In this document: in pieces, positions 33,307-45,259 of the stretch
How positions within the stretch are numbered: the first letter of the stretch is position 1
How the letters are laid out: each line of letters opens with the position of its first letter
Assembly: GCA_977018835.1 (NCBI GenBank)
Contig: OZ361261.1
Span: 1,550,001-1,614,000 of the forward strand
Source of the DNA: Minutocellus sp. GHC0000111
Lineage: Eukaryota
DNA length: 64,000 bases
Direction of reading: 5' to 3'
The notes under the pieces: model-generated
Databases searched by the model: none
Told to the model about the DNA's origin: nothing
What the model saw: the letters and a program-made list of their open reading frames with translations, nothing else
Made by a program: the position numbers and the translations under genes

Positions 33307-34176
33307 TTACACCAAATCTTTCTCTACATTTGCCATTTCTACCATCTCGGCCCTTCGTCGACGGTACTCTGGATCACTAGCCCAGCGCTCATAGTCGCTT
33401 GCCAAACCCTTCATAAAGGATCTGAGGAGGATATTGAGACTCAGTTTCATTGCCTTGTCACCCGTTGCCTCGATTGCTCGCTTTGGTATCGCACTGAACG
33501 GCCTGGGTACATCAACATCAACCTTTATCCGCGATCGGGCGTAGATTGTGCTCTCGCTTTCATCTTGTTGGTTACTTATGCCCTCATCATTGCTAATTTC
33601 TGTATCTTTAACTTTGTCAAGTGTGTCATCCCACGTAAGCTCCGACCATACGTTGAAAGAGAAGCGCTCATTCAATTTGACTTTGGCAATAAAAGGCGAT
33701 CCCTTGAGGGTACACCTGTCTCCGGTAATGGCCACCTTGTTTTCCTCCAATACAACAAAGGCATGAACGACGGGTTGGACCTGCAACCAAAGGAATCGGA
33801 CCGGTGGGACTACCAGTTCAAAATCCGATGTCGACCCTCCGGCCAGACGCGATAGTGTGGAATTAAGAGGCATCGGCACCAAGGCATACTGCTCGACGGG
33901 AAGTCTCATGTAGTTGCTCAGCCGCACCGCATCATCTTGAATGGCGAGCCGATTGGAAACCGGCACGCTGCACGTGCTCCGAACTTTCACTTTTGTGTCG
34001 AGGTTGAAGGCGAAGGATCCAATTGGTGTGGTACATGATGCGACCAGAATTATTGTCAAAAGAAGCACGTGTGCAGGGGGATTGTAGGTAAGCAGTGATC
34101 TCCTTGAGATGTATGCTCTGTGGAAGTCAGTGTTGCACCGACGGTTTGGCATGTTGCCGCCGCTCCTTTCCGACAT
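33307..34176 (-). CDS. DUF1997-family protein, probably plastid-targeted
   Basis: LSNYMRLPVEQYAL, VDVDVPRPF and LASDYERWA; signal-like segment followed by SFAF. Confidence 0.8.
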   Translation of the reverse strand: MSERSGGNMPNRRCNTDFHRAYISRRSLLTYNPPAHVLLLTIILVASCTTPIGSFAFNLDTKVKVRSTCSVPVSNRLAIQDDAVRLSNYMRLPVEQYALVPMPLNSTLSRLAGGSTSDFELVVPPVRFLWLQVQPVVHAFVVLEENKVAITGDRCTLKGSPFIAKVKLNERFSFNVWSELTWDDTLDKVKDTEISNDEGISNQQDESESTIYARSRIKVDVDVPRPFSAIPKRAIEATGDKAMKLSLNILLRSFMKGLASDYERWASDPEYRRRRAEMVEMANVEKDLV

Positions 34177-34331
34177 CTTCGTGATGGGAAAATGGATCTT
34201 CTGCACTTTTGCCCGACGACGGGAAGACCTACCTATCTTCTACCTAATCTTTTGCTTGCGAACTCCTCGTCGACACCACAATCGCACGAGATAAAGTCTC
34301 AGCTTCAACTTGGGCTCAAATTTCTGCAACG

Positions 34332-36150
34332 ATGAGCTCCCAACGCCCTCTGAACGCCGTGGCTACGGCCCTTGCCATGGCAAGCAGTGCCGCAGCATTC
34401 GCCCCCTCATCCCAAATTGCATCCATATCCTCTGTCGCATCTCGGACGTCGGTAGTTTCCAATCTGGCCATCGACCCAACCTCTCTCGTCGATGCCATCG
34501 ATACCACCTCATCGGTCCTTTCCGCCGGAGGAGCTAATGCCGAGGGCATCATCGACGGAGTTACCACCACCCTTTCGTCGGCTGCCGCCTCGGTCTCTGC
34601 CTCGTCGACCAATCTCCTCTCCTTTGCCGACCAGGGCCAAAACCTCGCCGGAATCTTCTTCCAGGCGTCTCTTCTGCCGTATCTGACCTTTCTGTACTTT
34701 CTGTCCTTCCGTGGCAATCGAATCCCGGCCTTGGGCAACTTTGGCTGGCAATTTTTGCTCCTCTTCGTGCTTTCGACCATTCCCGGTGGTATCATTAGCA
34801 AAAGCGTCTACGGCACCAGTTTGGCCGATTGCGATTGGCTTCATGGCAGTGCCGAGGCTCTGCTGACCATCACCAACGTGTTGATTGTAAGTTTGATGTG
34901 TTTGAATGCACATGTTATCCTGATGTGTTCATGTTGGGAGCATAGAAGGTATTCCGTTGAATTGTGTCTTTATATGGTTTTCCCAACTTACTATACATGT
35001 TATCTATTTGCACTTTCGGATAAAGGCTCTTGGATTCAAGAGTGCCATGACGCAGGAGGAGCCGATCCCCGTCGGCAAGCCCCGTCTTTTGGCTCTGGGC
35101 GCCTTCGGTCTTTGGGTAGCAGCCGCCGCCGCTGGTCCTCAGATTGGCTTCGAGGGTCATTCCGCCTTTCTCTTTGGTGCCGGCGATCTCCCCGCCGACG
35201 CTGTCGCCGCTTTGCCATGGGCGTCGCACGCCGAGCCCGTCAATGCCCTCTCCATCCCCACGTGGGCCATTCACTTTTCCAGCGTATTCGAATTCCTCTT
35301 TGCCATGAGCCTCATTTGGGACTTTGCCGAGGCCACCGGTAACGAGAAGTGGAAGGGACTGACGTGGGGTATGCTGCCCCTTCATGCATCGGGCATCGCA
35401 GCCTGCACGTACCACTTTTTTTACAACCCGTCCTCGCTTCAGTTCTTGGTCAGTACTCAGGCTGGTCTGACACTGCTGGGAAATATCACCGTTGCCATTG
35501 CCGCCTATCGCATTGCCGTTAGCAACGGATGGACCCTGCGCGAGCTGAACCCCTTCTCCAAGACGGAAACCAGCCCCAAGGGACTTGCCATTGACGAGGC
35601 TGCCGCCATGCCGTTGCAATTGACCGAGGCCAAGGAGTCCAATGCCGTCCTTGTTGCGAAGCTCTCGGCGGTGACCCTGCTGACGTCGTACATTGTCAAG
35701 TATGGTGAGCTTGGACTGGATCTGCCCTTCAACCCCAACCCCATTGCCGGAGCTGCCATCGTCCTTGGAATTCCCGCCATCACTGGTGTTCAGTACTACC
35801 AAAAGTCGCAGGCAGAGGGTGGAGAGATGCGTCTGTTTGGTGGCGAGGGTGGAAACCCGCTGAGCATGGACGACGTGAAGAAATTTGGTGTTGCCGGAAC
35901 TGTGGCATATGTGTTGACCGAGCTTGCCTTCTGCGCGGTCGCATTCCCCGTGGCATCGACCTTGTTCTATCAGTCGGTTGGGCATTGGCCGGATGTCATC
36001 AATGACGGTGGTGATCGGGCAGCTGTTCTTGCGAGTGTCTTTGCCGGTGCTAATATCGCTCGATTGCTCGTACCACTTCGTTTTGGCGCTGCTCTTGCAT
36101 TGGCACCGTGGGTCGATGAGAATCTCATCAACAGGGAGCAAAACGCATGA
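34332..36150 (+). CDS. Ycf49-like membrane protein (DUF3593 + DUF2499) with an additional C-terminal membrane domain; intron 34887-35025
   Basis: AAAFAP presequence, FFQASLLPYLTFLYFL, DWLHGSAE, NALSIPTWAIHFSSVFE and GMLPLHASG..ACTYHFF. GTAAGT...AAAG splice is in frame. Confidence 0.85.
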
Positions 36151-36670
36151 GAAGATGGGTGGTGGTAGACTAACAGATTTACCAGTACCGGTACGACCGA
36201 AATGAAGTGGAGGGCTCTCAGATCAGCATTTCCCTGGTGATGCCCAACCACCGGCACATACCGGTACATACAGCTGCAGCTGTATGCTAACATGCTAAAA
36301 CGCAATTCCACAACCAATCGAATAGAAATACAATGCCTGTCTCATTACGCAATCTACTAATACCGGTATGACTGTACTGGTGGCCAAGCGTGCGAGGGAA
36401 GCGAAGTGGCGACGACGAGAAGGACAAAAAAATTCCAGCACAAACGCGGAGAAGAGCTTTTTCCATGCGCTGACGTATTTTCACTGACGATGCATGGCGA
36501 CCGACAAAAAGTCGTCATCAACCCCGAGACCATCGATCCCAACTCGGCCGGACGTGCCTCTTTCACAATTTGTGGCTGGAGCAGCGCCTCCACCTCCCAA
36601 ACACGCACCGTCTTTCATTCTACTTGCTCTCATAGATTTACAATTCTGTATATAATCGCGACAACAAAAT

Positions 36671-37621
36671 ATGTCCGCTGCTACCGTGCAACAAACAATG
36701 GAGGCCGCTCTTGCCGGCGAGCCGGAGGCCGTCATGGCATTGCTCTCGGCTGTCTTTGCCATGGCTCTCGCCGTCGCATTCAAGGGCCTCGTCCTGGGAG
36801 CTCCCAAGTCGGCCATGAAGGCCGACGAGTTCCAGGACTTTAAGCTCGTCAAGAAGGAGATCGTCAGCCACAACACTCGTCGGTTTACCTTTGCATTGCA
36901 AAACCCCACCACGCGACTGGGATTGCCCATCGGACAGCACATTACCCTCCGCTTTACGGATGCCAATGGGAAGAAGCACCAGCGCAGCTACACTCCCGTG
37001 ACCGGAGACGAGACCCTCGGCTTGGTCACCTTTGTGATCAAGATTTACAAGGCCGGCGTCCACCCCAAGTTCCCCGAGGGTGGCAAGATGAGTCAGCACC
37101 TCGATTCGCTCAGCATTGGGGACAGCATTGAGATGAAGGGTCCCAAGGGCCACCTGACCTACCTCGGACGGGGCACCTTCACGGTCAAGCAGATGCGCAA
37201 GCCGCTCCAGACCCGCACCGCCAAGCACTTCGGCCTGATCGCAGGCGGTACCGGCATCAGGCCCTGCCTGCAGATTATCCATGCCGTCCTTTCCGATCCC
37301 AAGGACAGCACCACCACGCTCAGCCTGCTGTATGCCAATGTGAGCGAGGACGACATTCTGCTGCGGGAGGAGCTGGATGAGACGGCCAAGAAGTATCCCG
37401 GTCGGTTCAAGGTCCATTACACACTGGACAAGGCACCCAAGGGATGGGCCTACTCGGAGGGATTCATCAACAAGGATATGATTGAGAAGCACCTCCCGGC
37501 TCATGCCAAGGATGGATCGTCCCAGGTACTCATGTGCGGTCCGCCGCCGATGCTCAAGTTTGCTTGCATTCCCGCACTTACCGAGCTGGGTTTCACCGAG
37601 GATGATTACTTTTCCTTCTAA
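36671..37621 (+). CDS. NADH-cytochrome b5 reductase
   Basis: N-terminal anchor, LGLPIGQHI, RSYTPVT, GGKMSQHL, KGPKG, IAGGTGI and MCGPPPM. Confidence 0.95.
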   Translation: MSAATVQQTMEAALAGEPEAVMALLSAVFAMALAVAFKGLVLGAPKSAMKADEFQDFKLVKKEIVSHNTRRFTFALQNPTTRLGLPIGQHITLRFTDANGKKHQRSYTPVTGDETLGLVTFVIKIYKAGVHPKFPEGGKMSQHLDSLSIGDSIEMKGPKGHLTYLGRGTFTVKQMRKPLQTRTAKHFGLIAGGTGIRPCLQIIHAVLSDPKDSTTTLSLLYANVSEDDILLREELDETAKKYPGRFKVHYTLDKAPKGWAYSEGFINKDMIEKHLPAHAKDGSSQVLMCGPPPMLKFACIPALTELGFTEDDYFSF

Positions 37622-37820
37622 GCTAAAAATATTGTCTTGTTGAAAGTTGAGCGAAGCGAAATGGAATGATTTTGTACATGTAGTGACTGCAACTTCGCCC
37701 TCTACTATTATACGTAGCAAGTGATGGCCTGAACTACCGTATTCTACATGCCGTGGTACGAAATTTGCTTTCTGCTAGCGATATTGCGCATGAATCCCTC
37801 CGATTCTCTCCAATACTGAA

Positions 37821-38543
37821 TTAGCGCTCCATGGCCTCCGTCTGTGGAGCCTGCTGCTTTTCACGAAGGTCAATCTCGTGGTTGACCTGGGCAGACATAC
37901 AACCGCTTACGCAGCAAAAGGTCACATCAGCAATGCCATTGACGATGCTGATACAGGCCCTCTCTCCATCCCAATCGAAGCAAATGCCAATGCAGCTGAG
38001 AATTACGGCAAAGCACATCAAACAGTTGGAACAGCGGATGAGACGGACATCGTCCCCGTCGAGACCGAGGCCGTATTTGTCGCGGATCAGCATGGAGTTG
38101 GTGCTGGCAGCAAGGCCTGGGCATATGCACGCCTCCAGACACATGCAAGAGACAGGGCAGGCGCTATCACCACACTTTCCAGGCTGCAAGCAACAGCAAC
38201 CACCAAAGTACCCCTGACAACATTTATAGTTGCTCCATCCAGATCCGGGCTCAATGTGATTCAGTGCCTTCTTCCGCAGGTGAGTCTGTGCACACGGAAA
38301 GCAAATCATACTGGAGATCCAACAAGGACAGGCCTTGAATGGCGCCTGGCACATCGTGATGGCAAACTTGTTGCTGTTGCCAGCGTATGGGCCAAATGCT
38401 GCCCCATACTTGCCTGGTATGGTACGAGCGTTAGAACAAAAGATCGAATGCCAGGTGAGAACGTTATATTGCCAGCAAGGAAATCGGACCAAGTCGTCGA
38501 ACGCATCATCGTGGCCACACAATATATCGTATGGTGTCGACAT
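37821..38543 (-). CDS. PLAC8-like Cys-rich membrane protein
   Basis: CFPCAQTHLRKKAL, YKCCQGY, CMCLEACICPG, IRDKYGL and CMSAQVNHEI. Confidence 0.75.
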   Translation of the reverse strand: MSTPYDILCGHDDAFDDLVRFPCWQYNVLTWHSIFCSNARTIPGKYGAAFGPYAGNSNKFAITMCQAPFKACPCWISSMICFPCAQTHLRKKALNHIEPGSGWSNYKCCQGYFGGCCCLQPGKCGDSACPVSCMCLEACICPGLAASTNSMLIRDKYGLGLDGDDVRLIRCSNCLMCFAVILSCIGICFDWDGERACISIVNGIADVTFCCVSGCMSAQVNHEIDLREKQQAPQTEAMER

Positions 38544-39053
38544 TCCATATATATCTAAATAGGCGTATTGTAGCCGAGGAACAGTAACCAGAAGAACAAC
38601 GGCAAGAACAACCCACCTTTCGCCTCGTCCGGAGAAAGTGGCTCACCGGAAAAGCAAAAGAGGCACATTTTGTGAATGGTTTGCTGTGATTTGAATGAAC
38701 TCTAAAAGAAGGAGAGGGAGTCGAGTCACCACGGCAATAAGTGACGAGATCGAGATGCGGGCGGCGGGTTGGCGGTGCATGGTGCATGGCGGTTTCGGAG
38801 AATTGTACGAGGTCTATTTTAAGATATCTCGCAGAACCACATGATAAGATCAATGTAAAAATTCGTTAAAGATCAAGTTCGAATATATTTATCACTCTAT
38901 CGAGCTCGCACATGGAGGGCTTTTTCTCCCGCCAAAGAATTACAGCATCGATCGAATCTCCAAAATTCAATCGACGGAGCGACATCGCATCGAAGCATCA
39001 ACGCAACGATCACCACCAATAACTGATAGCACAACATAAGTAACATACAGACA

Positions 39054-39842
39054 ATGGGCCAAGGAACATCCAAACTTCGTGCTGATGCCGGCCTGGCTGA
39101 TCCCACAACCACAATCGACGGAGCCGCGCCTACATCAGAGGCTGGCGCCTACACCGTGAGCCGAGGCAATTCCGAAGTCGAGTATCAGCTCTCCAAAGCA
39201 GGCGGGGCCGATTCAACCGCTGAGATATCTTCCGTGGCATTCGATGATCTGCCTCTGGGATTCGATGTGCTGTCGGTCCATAACACATCCACACCAAGTA
39301 TCTACGCATCGGTTACTCAAAACGACGGGTTGATGGACGACGGAACTCCTTCCCTCGTGGCCAGAGTCGCTGCGGATGAATCACGTAGAAAATGGACTGT
39401 GTTTTGGGTTGATAAGCCCACTTATCCGTCTCAGGCCGAGGATACCGAAGCTTCCAAGGCATCTAGCTCCAAGCTGTACCGAAAGTGTGAGATTGAAGTG
39501 TCAGAAGGACGATATTCAGCCGTTGTCAAGCGATACGAAGTTCATTCCAGCCCTAAGGAAGACGTTGGTGTCCTATCGTCCAATGTCCTTCTCAAATTGG
39601 AGAAACCTATTGGTATGGGTGAACTTTTCGCGACTCATTATTATACCCTGCTGGATGGTGAATCGTCCGAGACCAGTAGCCCCATCGCAGCATGGAAATG
39701 GGCTCATCCAATGGCCAACAAGATGGATTTTGCCATCGCCAAGGGAGCTGATCTCACCCTTCATTTTATCCTGTTGGTGGTGATGAACATTGTCCAGAAG
39801 GACAAAATGCTTGGTGTCACTCAGACTGGCGATGTTGTTTAG
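39054..39842 (+). CDS. Hypothetical protein with a predicted N-myristoylation motif (MGQGTSK)
   Basis: 262-aa ORF with coding-like bias. Beta-rich body plus C-terminal IAKGADLTLHFILLVV helix, reminiscent of tubby/LURP folds (inference). Confidence 0.6.
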   Translation: MGQGTSKLRADAGLADPTTTIDGAAPTSEAGAYTVSRGNSEVEYQLSKAGGADSTAEISSVAFDDLPLGFDVLSVHNTSTPSIYASVTQNDGLMDDGTPSLVARVAADESRRKWTVFWVDKPTYPSQAEDTEASKASSSKLYRKCEIEVSEGRYSAVVKRYEVHSSPKEDVGVLSSNVLLKLEKPIGMGELFATHYYTLLDGESSETSSPIAAWKWAHPMANKMDFAIAKGADLTLHFILLVVMNIVQKDKMLGVTQTGDVV

Positions 39843-40366
39843 ATTGGTATATATATTCACTGAGTACCATGCCGCAGAGATTAAAGGCAGCACTAGCATG
39901 TACCTCTGCACCGCTATCTCGCTCATCGCGAAAGATCATGTGGCATAATCAATACGAGAGTCATATGGCTACGGTTAACTAAACGAAATATGTAAAAGCA
40001 AATCGAGCATACTTCCAGAAGATTCAACATTTGTGTAGATACGGCAAAGCATATTTAGTTAAGTAGCCCATCAAGTTTCCAATACGGGTACCGAAGTACG
40101 AGGATCGGCGGCAGCACAATCGAAGCAACTGAAGGCATCCTCAGCCGTACAACTCAGCCGCCATCTCCGACCACGAAGCCCCGCATACATGTATCCGTTC
40201 GCAGGATGTTCTCTCACCCCATGCAAAACAATCCACGTTTCTCATTCTTTTTCCAAGCACAATCCAAGTTCCATTTCTCTTTCGAAAGCCCCCTTCCATT
40301 CCAGTACCTTTGCGCGCCAAAAATATGCATTCTTTTCCGTTCTATTTTCTTGTTTCGTCAGAATGT

Positions 40367-41351
40367 TTATTTCTTGGCAGCGGCAAGTTCCTCGCGCATG
40401 GCATCGATGGTCTCCTTGTAGGCCTCGACGGTGCGGGGCTCCTTCAGAATGGCACTTCCAGCAACGAACATGTCGACACCGGCCTCGCAGACCTCCTTGA
40501 TGTTGTCGACCTTGACACCTCCGTCGATCTCGAGACGGCAGTCAATGCAGGCCTCGTCGATGAGCTTGCGAGCCTCGCGGGCCTTGTCGAGGGTGGCGGG
40601 GATGAAGGCCTGTCCACCGAAGCCGGGGTTGACGCTCATGAGGAGGATGATGTCGAGCTTGTCGAGGACGAAGTTGGCGTAGTCGAGGGAGGTGGCGGGG
40701 TTGAAGACGAGGCCGGCCTTGCAGCCGCCGTTCTTGATGAGCTGGAGGGAGCGGTCGACGTGGTTGGTGGCCTCGGGGTGGAAGGTGATGTAGGAGGCAC
40801 CGGCGTCGATGAAGTCGGAGATGGCGGCGTCGACGGGGCTGACCATGAGGTGGACGTCGATGGGGGCGGTAACGCCGTGGTCGCGGAGGGCCTTGCAGAC
40901 CATGGGGCCGATGGTGAGGTTGGGGACGTAGTGGTTGTCCATGACGTCGAAGTGGACGACGTCGGCGCCGGCCTCGAGGACGTTGTCGACCTCCTCGCCG
41001 AGCTTGGCAAAGTCGGCGGAAAGGATGGAGGGGGCGATGAGGTAGTCCTTGTCTCCCCAAACGTTGAGGGAGGTGGAGGCGCGGGCGGGTCCCTGGGAGA
41101 CCTGTTGCGTCATCAACCGATTGATAGATCAAAGGAAGTGTGTTAGTTCACAAGATGATGGGATGTATCGGAGATTCATTCATACCAATTTGTATTATAG
41201 ATGCAGCATTTCTCGCTACCACGGAACAATGCAGTCGACCGATTGACAATTCCATCCCGAACATATTTTGTGTCACTTATTCCAGCATAAAACTTACGGG
41301 AGCGAAAGCGGCGGCCGAAGTGGCGAGGAGGGCGGCGATAGCGAGCTTCAT
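40367..41351 (-). CDS. rpe: Plastid ribulose-phosphate 3-epimerase; intron 41102-41297
   Basis: Exon 1 [59 protein letters not shown] and FVAGSA. Confidence 0.97.
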
Positions 41352-41631
41352 CTTGGTTGTATTGGGGGTTTGGATTGAGATACGAGGACAAAAAGAATGG
41401 TGGTACCGATGGCAAGGCGGAGAAAATCGTCACATACATACGTGTTTTGATCGCATACTCCTGAAAAGTTAGTCGCATGCTCAAAATGCGGCTCTCAGGT
41501 GACGGCCAGACGAAAGGTGGAGGTGAGCGAGCAAACCGAACTGCATGAACAACCCGCATCAACCAATCATCGACTTCAACACCCAGTCAACCAATCACAA
41601 TACCGCCAGCAGTCAAATAATAGAGCCGACC

Positions 41632-42501
41632 ATGCTAGGAACCACATTTGCCGCCGGCACTACGCCAATGAAGTCATCTCCCTTGATCCGCCGTCACTCC
41701 ACGATGCCCGCTGACCTCTCCCCCGAAACTGAAAAGTGGCACCTGCTTCTCAAATCCGTATCCGTCTTCAACTTGCTTCTTTGGCTCGCCACGGCCTCAC
41801 TTGCCCCCATCCACACGCCGGCTGCTCGTGCCCATCGAGCGCTGTCGGCAATTTATGCAGCGGTGTGCGCATTCCGATCCTTCTACCCTCGGGTCGACCT
41901 GGAGCGAGTCATGCTGGTAGATCACTGGCTATCCAACATTGCCCTTGGCCGCACGTCGGCCACAATTGCGGAAATGGCGTTTATCATCCAATGTGGTCTC
42001 AGTCTCAAGGGCCTGGCCGAGACGACTGGGGTCTCAAATGCCGAAACAATTGGCTTCATTATCGTCCCGATTATATTCATTGCTCAGTGCTGCTGCTGGC
42101 TCGGGGTGCTTACGACGAATCATTTGTATCACGCCCTTGAAGAAAGTTTGTGGACAATCATGATTGCGCTTGTAGGTGCAGCGCTTGTTGAGATTTGGCC
42201 CCACACATCAGGCATGGCCATCGCCTATTTTTTACCACTGGCATTGTTGGGGTGTGTCTTGGGATTCTATGTGATTGCGATCTGCGACGTTCCAATGTAT
42301 GTTGAACGATATCGCGAGGGTCATTCCAATGGAACTAACAACTTCATGAGTATTAGGGAGGGGATGAAAGATTCTTCAACCAAGATGGTGGCAACTGGTG
42401 ATTGGAAAACTTGGAAACACGAAGTTGGCTGGATGACGCCGTACTTCTCCCTCGGAGTGTGGTTGTCAATTGCAATGGTTTGGTTGCACACTCATTATTG
42501 A
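41632..42501 (+). CDS. Multi-pass membrane protein of unknown function
   Basis: About 7 hydrophobic segments with FRSFYPRVD, RTSATIAE, HALEESLW, DVPMY and YFSLGVW. The ORF opens at 41545. Confidence 0.7.
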   Translation: MLGTTFAAGTTPMKSSPLIRRHSTMPADLSPETEKWHLLLKSVSVFNLLLWLATASLAPIHTPAARAHRALSAIYAAVCAFRSFYPRVDLERVMLVDHWLSNIALGRTSATIAEMAFIIQCGLSLKGLAETTGVSNAETIGFIIVPIIFIAQCCCWLGVLTTNHLYHALEESLWTIMIALVGAALVEIWPHTSGMAIAYFLPLALLGCVLGFYVIAICDVPMYVERYREGHSNGTNNFMSIREGMKDSSTKMVATGDWKTWKHEVGWMTPYFSLGVWLSIAMVWLHTHY

Positions 42502-42883
42502 TGAATTGTCAAGGCGGTAGGTGGAAACTTGAATCGCTTCAGTTTTGGAGCTGAAAGAAAAATAATTGGTGTAGTAGATAGCTCAAATTTACCGTGTGCC
42601 TCGCGCGTGTCCACCTCGGTCTATCAACGGTGAGCATGTACATGTAGTACGAGGACGCCAATTGAGCTCTTCGATGGATGACAAAGGTTCCCCACCCCGA
42701 CCGACCGACTGATGTTCGCAATCAATCCTCCGACTCAAAATGACATAACTTTCGGTTGTATCGAACGCCGCTTTGAGGGAGAGGAACGACCCCTGAGCAT
42801 TCCAGGAGCACCTATCAACCAAAATAAAGGCATAGTGTCGTGATGCATTCAGGATGCAAAAGAATGGCGGAGAAAAGGTTACA

Positions 42884-42954
42884 TGCGCCAGCCGAGAATC
42901 GAACTCGGGGCTCAACGATGGCAACGTTGAATTTTACCACTAAACCACTGGCAC
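42884..42954 (-). tRNA. tRNA-Gly(GCC)
   Basis: GTGCCAG/CTGGCGC acceptor stem, TGGTTTAGTGG A-box, TCAACG-TT-GCC-AT-CGTTGA anticodon arm, GAGTTCGATTC B-box and a downstream T4; 71 nt. Confidence 0.95.
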
Positions 42955-43228
42955 ACAACTCATGAGGACGCGCCACATCAAAATATATCTATAATACACA
43001 ATTGGCTCTTTACCGGTACACGCCTCTTTTTTTGCTTTCTTCTCTGCACTCTTACGCAGGAATGTGACAGCACCAGTATGAAAGACCGCCGCATTCGGCT
43101 CGATAACATTGTTCTCCAACCTTATAATATTGTTCTCCAACCTTTCATGCGCTGCTCGGGATGCAACAGACTCGGCAAGGATATGCTGCTTTGTGGCGCA
43201 TGCAAGTCGGTCACATATTGTACATGTA

Positions 43229-43508
43229 CAGTCCGTCCCCGATAATAAGGATATCCATTTGGGACCTGAGGTCTGAAAATCCTTATCACGAAGCGAACTC
43301 TGAGGTCTCAACTGAGGATATTCTTATTTTAGTGATGACGTGGCAACACCAAGAAGCAAAAATAAGGTCTGACTGTTACGTCTGATGGCCTGCCATGAGA
43401 GAAAAATAAGGATGTTGGCAAATCTGAGGTCTGACTATCCTTATAAGTGGCAAGAATTTGAGGTCTCAAACCATGATATGAAATATCCTTATTATCGGGG
43501 ACGGACTG
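43229..43508. mobile_element. Tc1/mariner (pogo-like) MITE, 280 bp
   Basis: Perfect 26-bp TIR CAGTCCGTCCCCGATAATAAGGATAT; TA on both sides (43227-43228 and 43509-43510); internal GAGGTCT and CCTTAT/ATAAGG subrepeats. Confidence 0.93.
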
Positions 43509-43842
43509 TAGCAGCGAGGATTGTCAGAAGGACCACTGGGTCGATATCCATCGAGAGCAATGCCAAAAGACAGCGTTCAATTGGCTGCTACAAAAGACCC
43601 CTGTATAAATCAACAACACCTACTATTTCAGTTACGAACTACAATCGTAATAAAATATAATAATAAAGTACAGGTACATGTAGTGTACATGTAATCACAA
43701 TTACACATGTATAACTTTGTAGATCAAGTTTTGGTACTGACACCTTTAGTGGATCTACCAGCAAACACATAGGCAAATACATTTATTTTGATATTTTTTT
43801 GCATAGAATCAATCATATACATACACTCACACCTACATAAAA

Positions 43843-44724
43843 TTACAAGATGCAAGGGAAGCAGAAGGATATTCCACAGCATCCAACTTTTGTAAGATTT
43901 GGTTTCTCATCGAGGGTGGGAGCATCGCGCATCGGGATGACAAATGTCTGGTGGTCTGGGAGGTAATATTTGAAGAGCAGGTGTTTGATAGGTGGTGGCA
44001 TCGAAGCAAGGAACTGCTCATAAAATTCCTTCGTCGCCCATTCCTGAATTGCCAGGACAACGGCCGGGAGGAATACCTTCGCCATGGTCAGCCCACCGGC
44101 CTGAAGAATTTTCTCGACAATGGCGCCCTCCTCCTCTTGGGTGAAGTTTTCCCTCAAAATCGCCGGCATGGCCTGCTCCTCTTCCTTTAGGTGCTGTCTC
44201 ATGTCGGTGTTGAAGGCGGGGATCTTCTCTTTGAGGCTGGATATTTCCTCGGCACAATTTGTACCCTTCTTGTTCAAAATCTTCTCGCAAACATCTTTGA
44301 TGGTTGTCATGGCGGCAACGAGTTCCTCGTGGGACTTGGAGAATTCCTTCTCGGGATACTCTGCCTTCTCCTTGATCCAAGGGAAGTAGATTTTCTCTTC
44401 AGCATCGTGGTGTTCTTCGACGGTGTCGTAGAAATAGTCGCAATACCACTCGGCGAACAGAGTGGCCTTCCAAGCGGAATCATCCGTTGGATCGTCAGGC
44501 ATGGCGGCAACGCTATCGACCATGGCCGTCATTTGCCTTCGGATTGCCTCATGAGGAATGAGAAGGCCGACATCCGCCCAGTCCATGGGTGGGAAATCGT
44601 CACTGAATACATCGCTCGTCAGCTTGTTTGCAATGGCAGGAGAACCACTCTTCTTGAAGTCGATGCCAGAAAGATTGTAGGACCCTCGCCTGCTGGAACG
44701 GTTGGATACGTCGAGAGTCTGCAT
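43843..44724 (-). CDS. Hemerythrin/HHE cation-binding domain protein
   Basis: PHEAIRR, HHDAEE, SHEEL and HLKEEE metal-ligand pattern. Confidence 0.85.
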   Translation of the reverse strand: MQTLDVSNRSSRRGSYNLSGIDFKKSGSPAIANKLTSDVFSDDFPPMDWADVGLLIPHEAIRRQMTAMVDSVAAMPDDPTDDSAWKATLFAEWYCDYFYDTVEEHHDAEEKIYFPWIKEKAEYPEKEFSKSHEELVAAMTTIKDVCEKILNKKGTNCAEEISSLKEKIPAFNTDMRQHLKEEEQAMPAILRENFTQEEEGAIVEKILQAGGLTMAKVFLPAVVLAIQEWATKEFYEQFLASMPPPIKHLLFKYYLPDHQTFVIPMRDAPTLDEKPNLTKVGCCGISFCFPCIL

Positions 44725-45259
44725 GTTTCAATGTGGTGCGAGCAAGAAAGTAGAAAGTTTGCACGTGACGTATCGTAGTTCTCCGTCAATTTGCAATCTA
44801 GCTAGGCCTAGCGGCGTAGGAGCGTAGCTACCTACTAGACTAGCTAGAAGATAGTATGTGGCGCCTCGATAAGTGGCCCCAGTGTTCTTTGTGCTGAGCT
44901 TGCTTCTTTCTTCTTTCTTGCGAGCGCTCTTGGCGATGGCGCGCTTTTCTACACTCGCGCCTTGTGACAGCACCGGAGCTCCCGGTAGAAAGATCTGTTA
45001 CCGGTAGTACTACGTAGTAGACTTATACATGTACATGTAAAGGATGAACGCTAAAATAACGTTGTCACTCTTTGCCAACTCTTCTTTATATATAGAGACG
45101 GTTTAGAAGAAGTACCGGAACTGACCGCACATCGTCTGGACCAGCCAACAAAAGGCGCGGTTTCAACTGCTGCTATATACAATCCCACGCTGGAGTGAAA
45201 CTGTATTTCCGAATAAGATCTAATTCTAAGTTAGTTATGTTTCGTACGGACGGCTTTAC

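Noticed and set aside
40310..41146. Long antisense ORFs over rpe, the b5 reductase and the Ycf49-like gene
   Set aside because: Shadow ORFs produced by strong C/G-ending codon bias.
43843..43890. CaaX prenylation motif on the hemerythrin protein
   Set aside because: The protein ends FPCIL, so the Cys is at -3 rather than -4. The Cys cluster might be acylated, but this is unsupported.
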